Part shown: positions 1 to 8,245 of the stretch, one piece after another
How positions within the stretch are numbered: the first letter of the stretch is position 1
Layout of the letters: every line of letters begins with the position of its first letter
Origin: a virus
Lineage: Duplodnaviria; Heunggongvirae; Uroviricota; Caudoviricetes
Length of the DNA stretch: 28,606 nt
IMG/VR virus record: IMGVR_UViG_3300012347_000482
Location: 117,051 to 145,656 of that record
Direction: 5' to 3' (one strand)
Made by a program: the position numbers and the translations under genes
Notes under the pieces: generated by a model
The model's input: the letters and a program-made list of their open reading frames with translations, nothing else
Told to the model about the DNA's origin: nothing
The model's database searches: none

Positions 1-176
1 AAGACATCGGCATTAAGTACAACAGCTTTGCTCCAAAGTCAACACCAATTCCTTGGTTTAATAAGCACTCTAATAGTTCAAACAAACAATCTGCATTACA
101 AGAAACTGAATCAACTAATTACGTATTAGGTGTAATGTCTGCGGATTTAGACTACGATGCGCTACCTGCCCTTTAA
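1..176 (+). CDS. nrdB: Ribonucleotide reductase class Ia beta subunit, C-terminal fragment (5' truncated)
   Basis: Frame 3 reads DIGIKYNSFAPKSTPIPWFNKHSNSSNKQSALQETESTNYVLGVMSADLDYDALPAL*. This matches the NrdB tail pattern (NPIPW...QVAPQE.E...Y..G). Glutaredoxin follows. Confidence 0.85.
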   Translation, partial: DIGIKYNSFAPKSTPIPWFNKHSNSSNKQSALQETESTNYVLGVMSADLDYDALPAL

Positions 177-234
177 TCTTGAAATTTTTTGTTGTTTAGT
201 TTAATATATAAATATTAGTCTAACAGCTAATCAA

Positions 235-258
235 AGCACATGAGCTAGCTCATGTGCT
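235..258. repeat. Perfect 24-bp palindrome AGCACATGAGCTAGCTCATGTGCT
   Basis: Self-reverse-complementary; lies just upstream of the glutaredoxin RBS (AAAGGA). Confidence 0.9.
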
Positions 259-274
259 ACATTAAAGGAATTAT

Positions 275-505
275 ATGAACAAAGCAATCGTATGGAGCAA
301 AGATAATTGCCCTAATTGTGATCAAGCAAAAGCATTACTAACAATTAAAGGTATTGCTTTTGAAGAGCGAAAAATTGGTAGCGAATGGACTCGCGAAGCA
401 TTACTCGAAGCAGTACCTACTGCAAAATCTGTACCGCAGGTGTTTTTAAATGAGAAACATGTAGGCGGATTTATTGAATTAAAAAAATACTTAGAACAGG
501 AATAA
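275..505 (+). CDS. grx: Glutaredoxin
   Basis: CPNC active site, SVPQVF and VGGF motifs, 76 aa, downstream of nrdB. Confidence 0.93.
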   Translation: MNKAIVWSKDNCPNCDQAKALLTIKGIAFEERKIGSEWTREALLEAVPTAKSVPQVFLNEKHVGGFIELKKYLEQE

Positions 506-506
506 T

Positions 507-797
507 ATGATTATCGATATCGGTTTAAAAGTGGGTTCAGTTGTTACACTTAAATTAACAAGTGGTGAAGAATTAGTAGCTAGATTTGACGACGAGACCT
601 CGACTCATTATAAATTAAGTCGACCAATGGTAATCGGCATGGGCCAACAAGGACCTGGCTTAATGCCGTATTTATTTACAGTACACCCCGATAAGGTTGT
701 CCCATTATTAAAATCAACAGTAACTGTTGCAGTGGCTACTGATAGCGATTTTGCTAATCAATACTTACAGTCAACAACAGGAATTAAACTAGTATGA
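507..797 (+). CDS. Conserved phage hypothetical protein (possible Sm-like beta fold)
   Basis: 96 aa with VTLKLTSGEELVA and alternating beta-strand pattern; tightly packed with neighbours. Fold call is tentative. Confidence 0.65.
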   Translation: MIIDIGLKVGSVVTLKLTSGEELVARFDDETSTHYKLSRPMVIGMGQQGPGLMPYLFTVHPDKVVPLLKSTVTVAVATDSDFANQYLQSTTGIKLV

Positions 798-1330
798 GTT
801 TAGAAATTGTTGAAGAAGCTCTTAATGAGATGACCGAATTAGCAGGTGCTGCATGCGACTTGCTAGGAACTCTTGGATCTTTACTAGGTGCAGTAATTGC
901 CGAACTTGCACAGTTAGCAGAAGCTGCTATTAATTTTTTATTAGCAGTTATTGGTGCTGTTGCAAAGTTCTTCGGAGCACTAGCGGCTGTAATAGGAGAT
1001 ATTATCGGACTAATTTTAGGTGCGGTCTCTCTCGTTGCAGGATTAATAGATCAATTAAAAGTTTTCCTTGGAAAACTAGTAGCATTAGTTAGCGCAGGTG
1101 GTTGTAAAGGTGTCGTGGCTGCTGCCGCTGCATTAGGAGCAGGAATATCTAGTGCTATTGACTCTGTTAATTCATTTGCTGAATCCGGAGCTGTTGAAAC
1201 ATTTAAAGAAGGTGTAGAAAATTTAGCTAGCGAAGGACGTGCTATTGCGACTGAGATCGAAAGTTCAGTAAAAGCAGCAGCCGACGCTATCGAGTTTGAA
1301 ATTTTTAAAGCAGGGGTTACAATTGAGTAA
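794..1330 (+). CDS. Ala/Gly/Leu-rich amphipathic helical hypothetical protein
   Basis: 178 aa; ATGA-type overlap with the previous gene; long hydrophobic helical ladder followed by an acidic C-terminus. Confidence 0.7.
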   Translation: MSLEIVEEALNEMTELAGAACDLLGTLGSLLGAVIAELAQLAEAAINFLLAVIGAVAKFFGALAAVIGDIIGLILGAVSLVAGLIDQLKVFLGKLVALVSAGGCKGVVAAAAALGAGISSAIDSVNSFAESGAVETFKEGVENLASEGRAIATEIESSVKAAADAIEFEIFKAGVTIE

Positions 1331-1634
1331 TAGAGGAGTAGCTAGACTAGCCGATTTAACTGACGGAGTGTGCTATCATCCAGTACATCTTGTGCCTTTG
1401 CCTATCGGCGGTAAAATTATTACCGCCTCAGGAGACACTATAGATAATAATCGACCAGTAGCTAGACTCGGGGATACTGTGTTAGCCGATTGCGGACACA
1501 CATCTATCATCATCACTGCGGCGCCAACTGTAACTACAAACAGTCGGGGAACTGCAAGGCTAAACGATTTAGTAGGAAGCGGTCCATATATTGCTAGAAT
1601 CATCACCGCGTCAACAAATACAAATGCAACATAA
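1323..1634 (+). CDS. PAAR-like spike-tip protein
   Basis: Three xARLxD repeats (VARLAD, VARLGD, TARLND) with C/H residues (VCYH, DCGH). Likely TTG start at 1323 behind GCAGGGG; the track start at 1296 is probably too early. Confidence 0.8.
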   Translation: MSNRGVARLADLTDGVCYHPVHLVPLPIGGKIITASGDTIDNNRPVARLGDTVLADCGHTSIIITAAPTVTTNSRGTARLNDLVGSGPYIARIITASTNTNAT

Positions 1635-1642
1635 GGATTCAA

Positions 1643-1912
1643 ATGGCTAAAATAGATTTAGATGTATTAGTATCAATAGCTGCCGAAGTCGAAGAAGGCG
1701 ATCCTATTGATTGGGGTAAGCTTAAGCTAAGTAAAGAAGAAGCATATAAATTAATTGGAACTACTATTCTCGATATGTTTGATAAAGAAACGTATTCCGA
1801 CGAAGATAAGACAATAATGCTTGCCGCTATTACAAAGCTTACTGTTGAAAGCATGGTTTTAAATTTAAAAATTATGCAATTAACTAACGAATTGAATGCA
1901 CGTAACACATGA
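1643..1912 (+). CDS. Hypothetical protein
   Basis: 89 aa with AAGGA RBS; fits the + strand operon. Confidence 0.7.
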   Translation: MAKIDLDVLVSIAAEVEEGDPIDWGKLKLSKEEAYKLIGTTILDMFDKETYSDEDKTIMLAAITKLTVESMVLNLKIMQLTNELNARNT

Positions 1913-2211
1913 AATGTGAACAAGGCGATATTGCCAAAATTGTAATGAGTTTAAGACCTACTAATATAGGCAAAACAGTATTAGTAGAGCAATATATTGG
2001 GTATATGAATCAACACGAAGTCTTTAATTTTCGCGGAGTTTCATGCACTGCACAAATAACCGATCATTATTGGTGGGTAGCCACTGATTACGGTTTACAG
2101 AATATGCTAGGTGATACGCCAAAGGCATATATTCCGGATAGTTGGTTAGAACCTATTAGACCGGAAAAATTAAAAGCAGTAAATGACGAGAAATTCGAAA
2201 TAAATGCTTGA
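1909..2211 (+). CDS. Hypothetical protein (SH3/KOW-like beta pattern)
   Basis: 100 aa; ATGA overlap with the previous stop; GDIAKIV...IPDSWLEPI pattern. Confidence 0.7.
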   Translation: MKCEQGDIAKIVMSLRPTNIGKTVLVEQYIGYMNQHEVFNFRGVSCTAQITDHYWWVATDYGLQNMLGDTPKAYIPDSWLEPIRPEKLKAVNDEKFEINA

Positions 2212-2236
2212 CAATACACACAGATTATTATATAAT
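2208..2236 (+). promoter_or_regulatory. Sigma70-type promoter for cspA
   Basis: TTGACA (2208-2213), 17 nt spacer, TATAAT (2231-2236): perfect consensus. Confidence 0.88.
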
Positions 2237-2265
2237 ATATTTTTAACAGGAAAGAAGTAAGCAAT

Positions 2266-2469
2266 ATGGCAACAGGTAAAGTAAAATGGTTCAATGAAGC
2301 TAAGGGTTTTGGTTTCATCACTCCGGACAATGGCGGTGCAGATTTATTTGCACACTATACACAAATCCAATCTAATGGATTTAAAACATTGCAAGAGGGC
2401 CAAAGTGTGAGATTTGAAATCACAATGGGTCAAAAAGGACAGCAAGCAAGTAATATTCAATCTGTATAA
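2266..2469 (+). CDS. cspA: Cold-shock protein (CSD)
   Basis: [18 protein letters not shown] (RNP1) and DLFAHY (RNP2), 67 aa. Confidence 0.97.
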   Translation: MATGKVKWFNEAKGFGFITPDNGGADLFAHYTQIQSNGFKTLQEGQSVRFEITMGQKGQQASNIQSV

Positions 2470-2501
2470 CAATTTTATTAGCAACACAAAGGAATCACAT
2501 C

Positions 2502-2582
2502 ATGGCAAGAGCACGTAAACCCAACAAGATTACTAAATCAGCAGTAGCACGTACCGCCCGTCGTGTTCTAAAAAGTCGCTAA
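2502..2582 (+). CDS. 26-aa highly basic peptide MARARKPNKITKSAVARTARRVLKSR (not in ORF track)
   Basis: AAAGGA RBS 7 nt upstream; sits between cspA and a UUCG terminator; 10 K/R and no acidic residues. Confidence 0.7.
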   Translation: MARARKPNKITKSAVARTARRVLKSR

Positions 2583-2605
2583 TAAAATACTAGGTTAAAT
2601 TTTAC

Positions 2606-2626
2606 AAGCACCTTCGGGTGCTTTTT
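2606..2626 (+). terminator. Rho-independent terminator with UUCG tetraloop
   Basis: AAGCACC-TTCG-GGTGCTT followed by a T-run. Confidence 0.9.
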
Positions 2627-2641
2627 AATTCTCCAACTAGA

Positions 2642-2670
2642 TTGACAACTACACACAATTCGCGCATAAT
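2642..2670 (+). promoter_or_regulatory. Sigma70-type promoter for the AAA ATPase
   Basis: TTGACA-17 nt-CATAAT. Confidence 0.75.
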
Positions 2671-2705
2671 AGATACTGTATTAACAAACGCAAGAAAGAA
2701 TCAAA

Positions 2706-3779
2706 ATGAGTTCATATTTTCTCAAAGCAGGTAACACATTTAAAGTAACCGATAAAGAATCGTTAGATTTACACGAAGAATTACCAGCAGGTAATTATGT
2801 AGTTAAAATTGACATGTATGGCAATTATTTCTTAGAAATTATTAGTAATTTCGAAGTTTCTGGTAAATTATATGGAAACACAACAAGACATGCTGCTCGT
2901 ATTTTAAATACCTTCTTAGATCGTCCTGCCGCTACAGGTGTTATGCTTGCAGGTGAAAAGGGTTCGGGCAAGACTTTATTAACTAAAACGATTGCAATCG
3001 ATGCTGCTAAGCAAGGTATTCCGACTATTGTAATTAACACACAATTTTTTGGTGATAAGTTCAATAGCTTTTTACAAAGTATTTCTCAGCCTTGCGTTAT
3101 TTTGTTCGACGAGTTCGAAAAAGTATACAATTCCGATAGTCAGGAAGAAATTCTTACGTTACTCGACGGTGTGTTTCCGAGTAAGAAATTATTCTTGTTA
3201 ACATGTAATGACAAGTGGAGAATTGACAGTCACATGCGTAATCGTCCAGGTCGATTATTTTATATGCTTGAATTTACAGGCATTGAGCATGAATTTATTG
3301 TAGAATACTGCAATGACAATTTAAAGAATAAAACTCATATTGACGAGTTAACTAAAATTGCTAGCGTATTTACTAACTTTAACTTCGATATGCTTAAAGC
3401 AATTGTTGAAGAAATGAATCGATACAACGAATCACCTCGTGAAGTGTTACAGATGCTTAACGCAAAACCAGAATTTAGTTCTCGAGCTAAGTATGATGTT
3501 TCATTGCAAGTTGAAGGCAAAGATGTACTAGCTGAGAATTTAGAAGATCGCGTAGTAAATTGTAATCCAATTGCAGATGAAATCAGTATTTCATTCAAAG
3601 AATTTACAGTTAGTGATACCGGTGAGCTAGATGACTACAATTGGATGCACATCAACTTTGATAGTTCCGAACTTAAGCATGTTGATGCAAAATCTGGTCA
3701 GTTTATCTTTCTAACTGAAGACGGTGATCGTCTGTTATTAAAGAAAAAAGTTGATCCTGAGTTTGCTTACGCATTTTAA
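2706..3779 (+). CDS. AAA+ ATPase
   Basis: Walker A GEKGSGKT, Walker B VILFDEFEK, and RPGR arginine-finger region. Confidence 0.9.
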   Translation: MSSYFLKAGNTFKVTDKESLDLHEELPAGNYVVKIDMYGNYFLEIISNFEVSGKLYGNTTRHAARILNTFLDRPAATGVMLAGEKGSGKTLLTKTIAIDAAKQGIPTIVINTQFFGDKFNSFLQSISQPCVILFDEFEKVYNSDSQEEILTLLDGVFPSKKLFLLTCNDKWRIDSHMRNRPGRLFYMLEFTGIEHEFIVEYCNDNLKNKTHIDELTKIASVFTNFNFDMLKAIVEEMNRYNESPREVLQMLNAKPEFSSRAKYDVSLQVEGKDVLAENLEDRVVNCNPIADEISISFKEFTVSDTGELDDYNWMHINFDSSELKHVDAKSGQFIFLTEDGDRLLLKKKVDPEFAYAF

Positions 3780-3857
3780 CTAAGTATTAATACGTGATGA
3801 ATTTTTCATCACATACAATGCAGTTTAGTGATACTGCATAACAATCACTATTTTATT

Positions 3858-3895
3858 AAAGGAAATATTTAAATGAAAAAACTCTTAATCGCATC
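3858..3895 (+). repeat. 38-bp direct repeat copy 1 (RBS + start of signal peptide)
   Basis: AAAGGAAATATTTAAATGAAAAAACTCTTAATCGCATC, identical to 4446-4483. Confidence 0.92.
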
Positions 3896-4325
3896 CGCAT
3901 TTGTGTTAGCTGCTACTGCCGCAAGTGCATTAGACTTCGGTGTTACAGCAGCTCGTGACTTCTCAGGAGTCGATCACGATTCAGTCGGCGTTACAGTAGG
4001 TCATGTTTATCCTAATGGCGTAGGCTTTTCTGCAGGGTTCGCTCGTGATGCTAACAAGTCAAGCGATCAAGATCGCTACAGCTTAATGGGTAGCTACGAT
4101 GTACTAAAATTCGGCGGCTCAACAGTTGCTGTTAAAGCCGGCGGTGTATTTATGGCAAATAGTGATGCCGAAAATGGTTCAGCTGCTGTAGTCGGTGCTG
4201 AACTTACAGTGCCGTTGACAAGCAAAATTGCAGCGACTTTTGAAGTATCGCACCAAGTTGGTCAAGATCGTGTTAGTCAAGACGATGGCAATCGTGCAAC
4301 TGTTGGTTTAAAATTCAAATTCTAA
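3873..4325 (+). CDS. Small outer-membrane beta-barrel protein (OmpA/Ail/Lom-like), copy A
   Basis: Sec signal MKKLLIASAFVLAATAASA, amphipathic beta-strands, C-terminal VGLKFKF ending in Phe (BAM signal). Confidence 0.8.
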   Translation: MKKLLIASAFVLAATAASALDFGVTAARDFSGVDHDSVGVTVGHVYPNGVGFSAGFARDANKSSDQDRYSLMGSYDVLKFGGSTVAVKAGGVFMANSDAENGSAAVVGAELTVPLTSKIAATFEVSHQVGQDRVSQDDGNRATVGLKFKF

Positions 4326-4377
4326 TCAACGTTAGATAAAAAATAGGGGACATTGTCCCCTATTTTTACGACAGTAT
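4323..4377 (+). terminator. 55-bp direct repeat copy 1 containing stop codon and terminator
   Basis: TAATCAACGTTAGATAAAAAATAGGGGACATTGTCCCCTATTTTTACGACAGTAT, identical to 4977-5031; stem AAAAATAGGGGAC/GTCCCCTATTTTT. Confidence 0.92.
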
Positions 4378-4445
4378 CGCCGGATATGTTGGCCTTGTAA
4401 GGATAATAGTGTATAATTAATACATGACACACAGTCATATGTAAC

Positions 4446-4483
4446 AAAGGAAATATTTAAATGAAAAAACTCTTAATCGCATC
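4446..4483 (+). repeat. 38-bp direct repeat copy 2
   Basis: Identical to 3858-3895. Confidence 0.92.
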
Positions 4484-4979
4484 AGCTCTTATTTTATCTG
4501 CATTTGCAGTATCTGCACAATCTGCTAAACCAGATATGTATGCAGAAGTAGGCTATACTCATGTTAATTTCAAAACAGACTTAGTTGAAGTTTCTCCGAC
4601 CGCTGTACGATTAGTACTAGGTAAAAATATTAACTCAGATGCGGCTATCGAAGGTCATGTATTAGTTGGATCATCGTCTGCTACGGCCGGAGCAGCTACA
4701 TACGACATCGATCCTAGCTACGGTGTTTTTCTTAAAGTGCAAGCACATGTAAGTGAATCAGTGAAAATTTATGCTCGAACAGGATGGGCACGAAGCAAAC
4801 TATCAGGTAGTGCATATGGCATTACTGTATCCGATTCTGCATCGGGCTTAGCAGGCGGTATCGGTGTAGCAGTTGCGCTAACAAAAGAATCAGAACTCTT
4901 TGTTGATGTTATGAAGTATAATACAGGTAGTGGTACTAACACCACTACTGCAACTACTGGCATTCGACTTAATTTTTAA
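4461..4979 (+). CDS. Small outer-membrane beta-barrel protein (OmpA/Ail/Lom-like), copy B
   Basis: Signal MKKLLIASALILSAFAVSA, YAEVGY first strand, C-terminal TGIRLNF. Confidence 0.82.
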   Translation: MKKLLIASALILSAFAVSAQSAKPDMYAEVGYTHVNFKTDLVEVSPTAVRLVLGKNINSDAAIEGHVLVGSSSATAGAATYDIDPSYGVFLKVQAHVSESVKIYARTGWARSKLSGSAYGITVSDSASGLAGGIGVAVALTKESELFVDVMKYNTGSGTNTTTATTGIRLNF

Positions 4980-5031
4980 TCAACGTTAGATAAAAAATAG
5001 GGGACATTGTCCCCTATTTTTACGACAGTAT
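4977..5031 (+). terminator. 55-bp direct repeat copy 2 containing stop codon and terminator
   Basis: Identical to 4323-4377. Confidence 0.92.
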
Positions 5032-5092
5032 TATCAATTCTTAAGTACTATGATGTATTATAGTATTAAATATATACATATACAATAAACTT

Positions 5093-6487
5093 ATGACCCC
5101 TGAACAAAACACTATAATAGTTAACGAATTACCATTAATACAAACATGCCCCAACTTTCTGTCAACAGATGAATGCAGCGAGCTTATTGAGTATTCAAAG
5201 GGTAAACTAGAGCAAGGCGAAGTAGTCGATGGTATAACTGGTGAATCCGTAGTCAACATTGACTACCGATCTGCATTTACTTGCGCACTCAGTAAGTCAT
5301 CAGAAATTAGTAAAAAGATATTTGACAAAGTAGAAAAATTTACAAATATAAGCTCGTTGCAATACGAAATTGCAAGTATTACACATTATGCAGTGGGTCA
5401 ACAATTTAAATTGCATCCAGACTATCTCAATCCACGAGATACACATGATAGCAAATCTATATTGCAATACGGCGGAAATCGTATCGGAACTATAATTATC
5501 TATCTTAATGAAGTAGAAAAAGGTGGAGAGACGTTATTTCCTTGGATAGGGCAATTTATTATTCCGAAAACTGGTAAGTTGGTGCATTTTAAGTACAATT
5601 ATTCTAACGCAGAACTAAACATTCGAACAGAGCACGCGAGTATGCCTGTATTAGAGGGAGAAAAGTATATTCTAACTATTTGGTTTAGAGAACAACCGGT
5701 ATCTAATATTGTCGAACATCCTTTAACATTTGTTGCCGAAGAAGCAATACGGACTAACTTAGTCGATACTAAATTTGAAATTAAGTGCGGTATTGCCGAG
5801 GATCAACAAATATTGTCAGTTGAGTTGCCTGCGAACAACGATCCTGCAAATGTTATATTGGTTCCATTTACTGGAGGGATGGATTCGTCATTATTGTTAT
5901 ATTTGATAGGTGCATTAAATAATCAGCAGTCAATACCGTATCATATTAGACCAATTTGCATTTATCTAATAGAAGCTGATGGTACACATAGTAATTTAGA
6001 AGATTACCAGGGCGTTATCGATATGTATGAATTGATTAAAAATAAAATCGGAGGCAACATTTCGTCATTGATGTTTGAACCTGGTAGATCAATACGACAC
6101 GGCATCCTTTCATATAAAGACGACAATAACCCGAGACACACAAAAACTCATAAATTTTTAAATAGAATGTATGTTTACAGTGCAGAAAATGCAATCCCGA
6201 ACGAAGATGATCCTCGATGGAAAAATGTTGGCTGGAGCCGAACGAAATCTACTATAGATTTCTGGAGACAGCCGTTTTTTAATCTTCAAAAATATCATAT
6301 TGTCGATGCCATGTTGCAATTAGGGCTAACTGATATAATAGAACATACTAGAAAGTGCCAGCATAATCATCCAACACTAGATCATGTTTGTAAATACATG
6401 CTATGTAATGAAAGACGATGGGCTTTTACTAAATTACAAAGAGAAGAAATTGGTAATAAATACTTTATAAACAAAGGAACACAATAA
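5093..6487 (+). CDS. Prolyl-4-hydroxylase-type 2OG-Fe(II) oxygenase fused to a QueC-like PP-loop domain, copy 1
   Basis: N-half: LHPD (HxD), RIGTIIIYLNEVEKGGETLFP, HASMPVLEGEKYILTIW. C-half: VPFTGGMDSS PP-loop and KCQHNH...C-KYML-CNERRWAF Cys cluster. Confidence 0.85.
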   Translation: MTPEQNTIIVNELPLIQTCPNFLSTDECSELIEYSKGKLEQGEVVDGITGESVVNIDYRSAFTCALSKSSEISKKIFDKVEKFTNISSLQYEIASITHYAVGQQFKLHPDYLNPRDTHDSKSILQYGGNRIGTIIIYLNEVEKGGETLFPWIGQFIIPKTGKLVHFKYNYSNAELNIRTEHASMPVLEGEKYILTIWFREQPVSNIVEHPLTFVAEEAIRTNLVDTKFEIKCGIAEDQQILSVELPANNDPANVILVPFTGGMDSSLLLYLIGALNNQQSIPYHIRPICIYLIEADGTHSNLEDYQGVIDMYELIKNKIGGNISSLMFEPGRSIRHGILSYKDDNNPRHTKTHKFLNRMYVYSAENAIPNEDDPRWKNVGWSRTKSTIDFWRQPFFNLQKYHIVDAMLQLGLTDIIEHTRKCQHNHPTLDHVCKYMLCNERRWAFTKLQREEIGNKYFINKGTQ

Positions 6488-6694
6488 ATGGAACTCGATA
6501 CTGTATTAGAATGGAAAGATCTAATTCCGTCTGCAGGAACTATAACTAAAACTCCGTCAACAAAATATATTGTTACCAACGGAGTAACTGGTGGTGGCAC
6601 CGGTCCAACAGATTTGAAGCCACCGAAACCAGTACCAAAAGATGACGGTGGGTCGACATTTACACCTCCTGATGACGGCGGTGAGTACGCATAA
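6488..6694 (+). CDS. Pro/Gly-rich small peptide, candidate precursor 1
   Basis: 68 aa; ATG abuts the enzyme stop; AAAGGA RBS lies within the enzyme's last codons (NKG); shares a motif with the peptide at 8245. Confidence 0.82.
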   Translation: MELDTVLEWKDLIPSAGTITKTPSTKYIVTNGVTGGGTGPTDLKPPKPVPKDDGGSTFTPPDDGGEYA

Positions 6695-6731
6695 TAATGC
6701 ATACTCTATAATATACTTGTATTAACAACAT

Positions 6732-6754
6732 CAATAGGGCCAGTGGCCCTATTG
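6732..6754 (+). terminator. Hairpin/terminator closing cassette 1
   Basis: CAATAGGGCC-AGT-GGCCCTATTG, 10-bp stem. Confidence 0.75.
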
Positions 6755-6829
6755 TTACGAGTAATTGCACTATCAAAATACAACACAGTGTAGTTTTATT
6801 TCATTAAATACAAAATATAGAACATTAAA

Positions 6830-8245
6830 ATGAACAATTACAACATTGAAACTTTGCAAGAACTCCCACTATTACAAGTAGTTAAACAATTCTTAAGCCC
6901 TGCCGAGTGCAAAGAAATTATAGAGTATAGTCAAGGTCGACTAGTTCCGAGTGAAGTTATAAGATACGAAGACGGACAACAAGTTGTAGATTATGCTATT
7001 CGATCTGCATCTACTACGTTTATTCCTACCGATAGCGAGTTAGGTCAACGAGTATTTGAAAAAGTTAGCAATTACTTAAATATCAGTAGTTCAAGATTCG
7101 AACGAATCGCAGTAACCCATTATTCGACAGGTCAAGAATTTAAACTGCATCCTGACTATTTTGCAACAGATAACAGTATCACAGGCCCTAATTCATCTGC
7201 AGAACGATGTAAATTTGGTGGTAATAGAATTTCTACTGTTATTGTGTATTTAAATACTGTAGAAGAAGGTGGCGAAACGCATTTTCCTTGGCTTGGAAAA
7301 TTTATAAAACCCGAACAAGGCGATTTAGTATTTTTTAAATACGACTATGACGATCCAGAATTAAATGTTAGAACAAATCATGCTAGCGTGCCAGTAATTG
7401 CCGGTGAAAAGTACATATTTACAATATGGATAAGAGAAACTACCATAGATCAAGAGTGTCTTGCATATAAAAACTTTACTGCAGAATCTGAATATTTAGA
7501 AAATTTAAAATCTGGAGAGTACGAACTTGAGTGCGGCCCAGCATATGATCGGCAACTATTAAAAGTAAATTTGCCAGCAAATACTGACCCGTGCAATACA
7601 ATTGTTGTACCGTATACCGGAGGAATGGACTCTTCATTAGTATTATATTTGTTAGGCGCCCTTAATAACCGACAAGTAATCCCGTATCACATTAAACCAA
7701 TATGTATATTTGAGGGGGATATGGAAAACTGGAATCCACTAGAAGATCACAGTAATGTCGAAAACATGGTTGAATTAATTCAACGTAAAATTGGCGGGAA
7801 TATTCGTCGCCCTAGTTTTATCCCGATGGAGCCAGGTACCAAGATGACTGATGCTATATTGGGATTTTATAGAAAAAATACCGCAGATCTTATACTAAAT
7901 AAATCGTTTAGATTTTTTAACCCAACATTAATTTATAGCGGAGAAAATGCATTGCCTACTGAAGACGATCATCGATGGAAGGACGTGCCTTGGTCTAGAA
8001 CACGATCGCATTCGCTAATTTGGATACAGCCGTTATTTAATTTAAAGAAATATCATATCCTTGATGCAATTATGCAATTGGGATTAGAAGATATATTAGA
8101 ACATACTTCAAAATGCCGTCATAATCACTTAAGTCTTGACGAGATTTGTCATTATATATTATGCAACGAAAGAAGATGGGCATTTACTAAATTAGGGTTA
8201 AGTGAGTTAGGTAATAAATACTTTATAAACAAAGGAGAAATATAA
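6830..8245 (+). CDS. Prolyl-4-hydroxylase-type 2OG-Fe(II) oxygenase fused to a QueC-like PP-loop domain, copy 2
   Basis: Paralog of 5093-6487: LHPD, YLNTVEEGGETHFP, HASVPVIAGEKY, VPYTGGMDSS, KCRHNH...C-HYIL-CNERRWAF. Confidence 0.85.
   Translation: MNNYNIETLQELPLLQVVKQFLSPAECKEIIEYSQGRLVPSEVIRYEDGQQVVDYAIRSASTTFIPTDSELGQRVFEKVSNYLNISSSRFERIAVTHYSTGQEFKLHPDYFATDNSITGPNSSAERCKFGGNRISTVIVYLNTVEEGGETHFPWLGKFIKPEQGDLVFFKYDYDDPELNVRTNHASVPVIAGEKYIFTIWIRETTIDQECLAYKNFTAESEYLENLKSGEYELECGPAYDRQLLKVNLPANTDPCNTIVVPYTGGMDSSLVLYLLGALNNRQVIPYHIKPICIFEGDMENWNPLEDHSNVENMVELIQRKIGGNIRRPSFIPMEPGTKMTDAILGFYRKNTADLILNKSFRFFNPTLIYSGENALPTEDDHRWKDVPWSRTRSHSLIWIQPLFNLKKYHILDAIMQLGLEDILEHTSKCRHNHLSLDEICHYILCNERRWAFTKLGLSELGNKYFINKGEI

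Noticed and set aside
1296-1330. Programmed frameshift fusing the 178-aa protein to PAAR at TTTAAAG
   Set aside because: PAAR is +1 relative to the upstream ORF and the heptamer is out of phase for -1 slippage; a TTG start with SD at 1323 explains the overlap.
6488-6694. Peptide 1 as a lasso-peptide precursor (T at -2, G1, D7 in VTG|GGTGPTD)
   Set aside because: Peptide 2 has no equivalent, there is no B1/B2 leader peptidase in the window, and the PP-loop domain has a QueC-like Cys tail rather than an AsnB-like one.
6382-6702. Minus-strand 106-aa ORF
   Set aside because: Antisense shadow of peptide 1 and the enzyme C-terminus; no RBS and against the operon direction.
5093-8245. Canonical queuosine/7-deazaguanine (queC) pathway genes
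   Set aside because: Fused to P4H, altered motifs, and no queD/queE/folE/tgt partners in the window. It cannot be fully excluded without a search.
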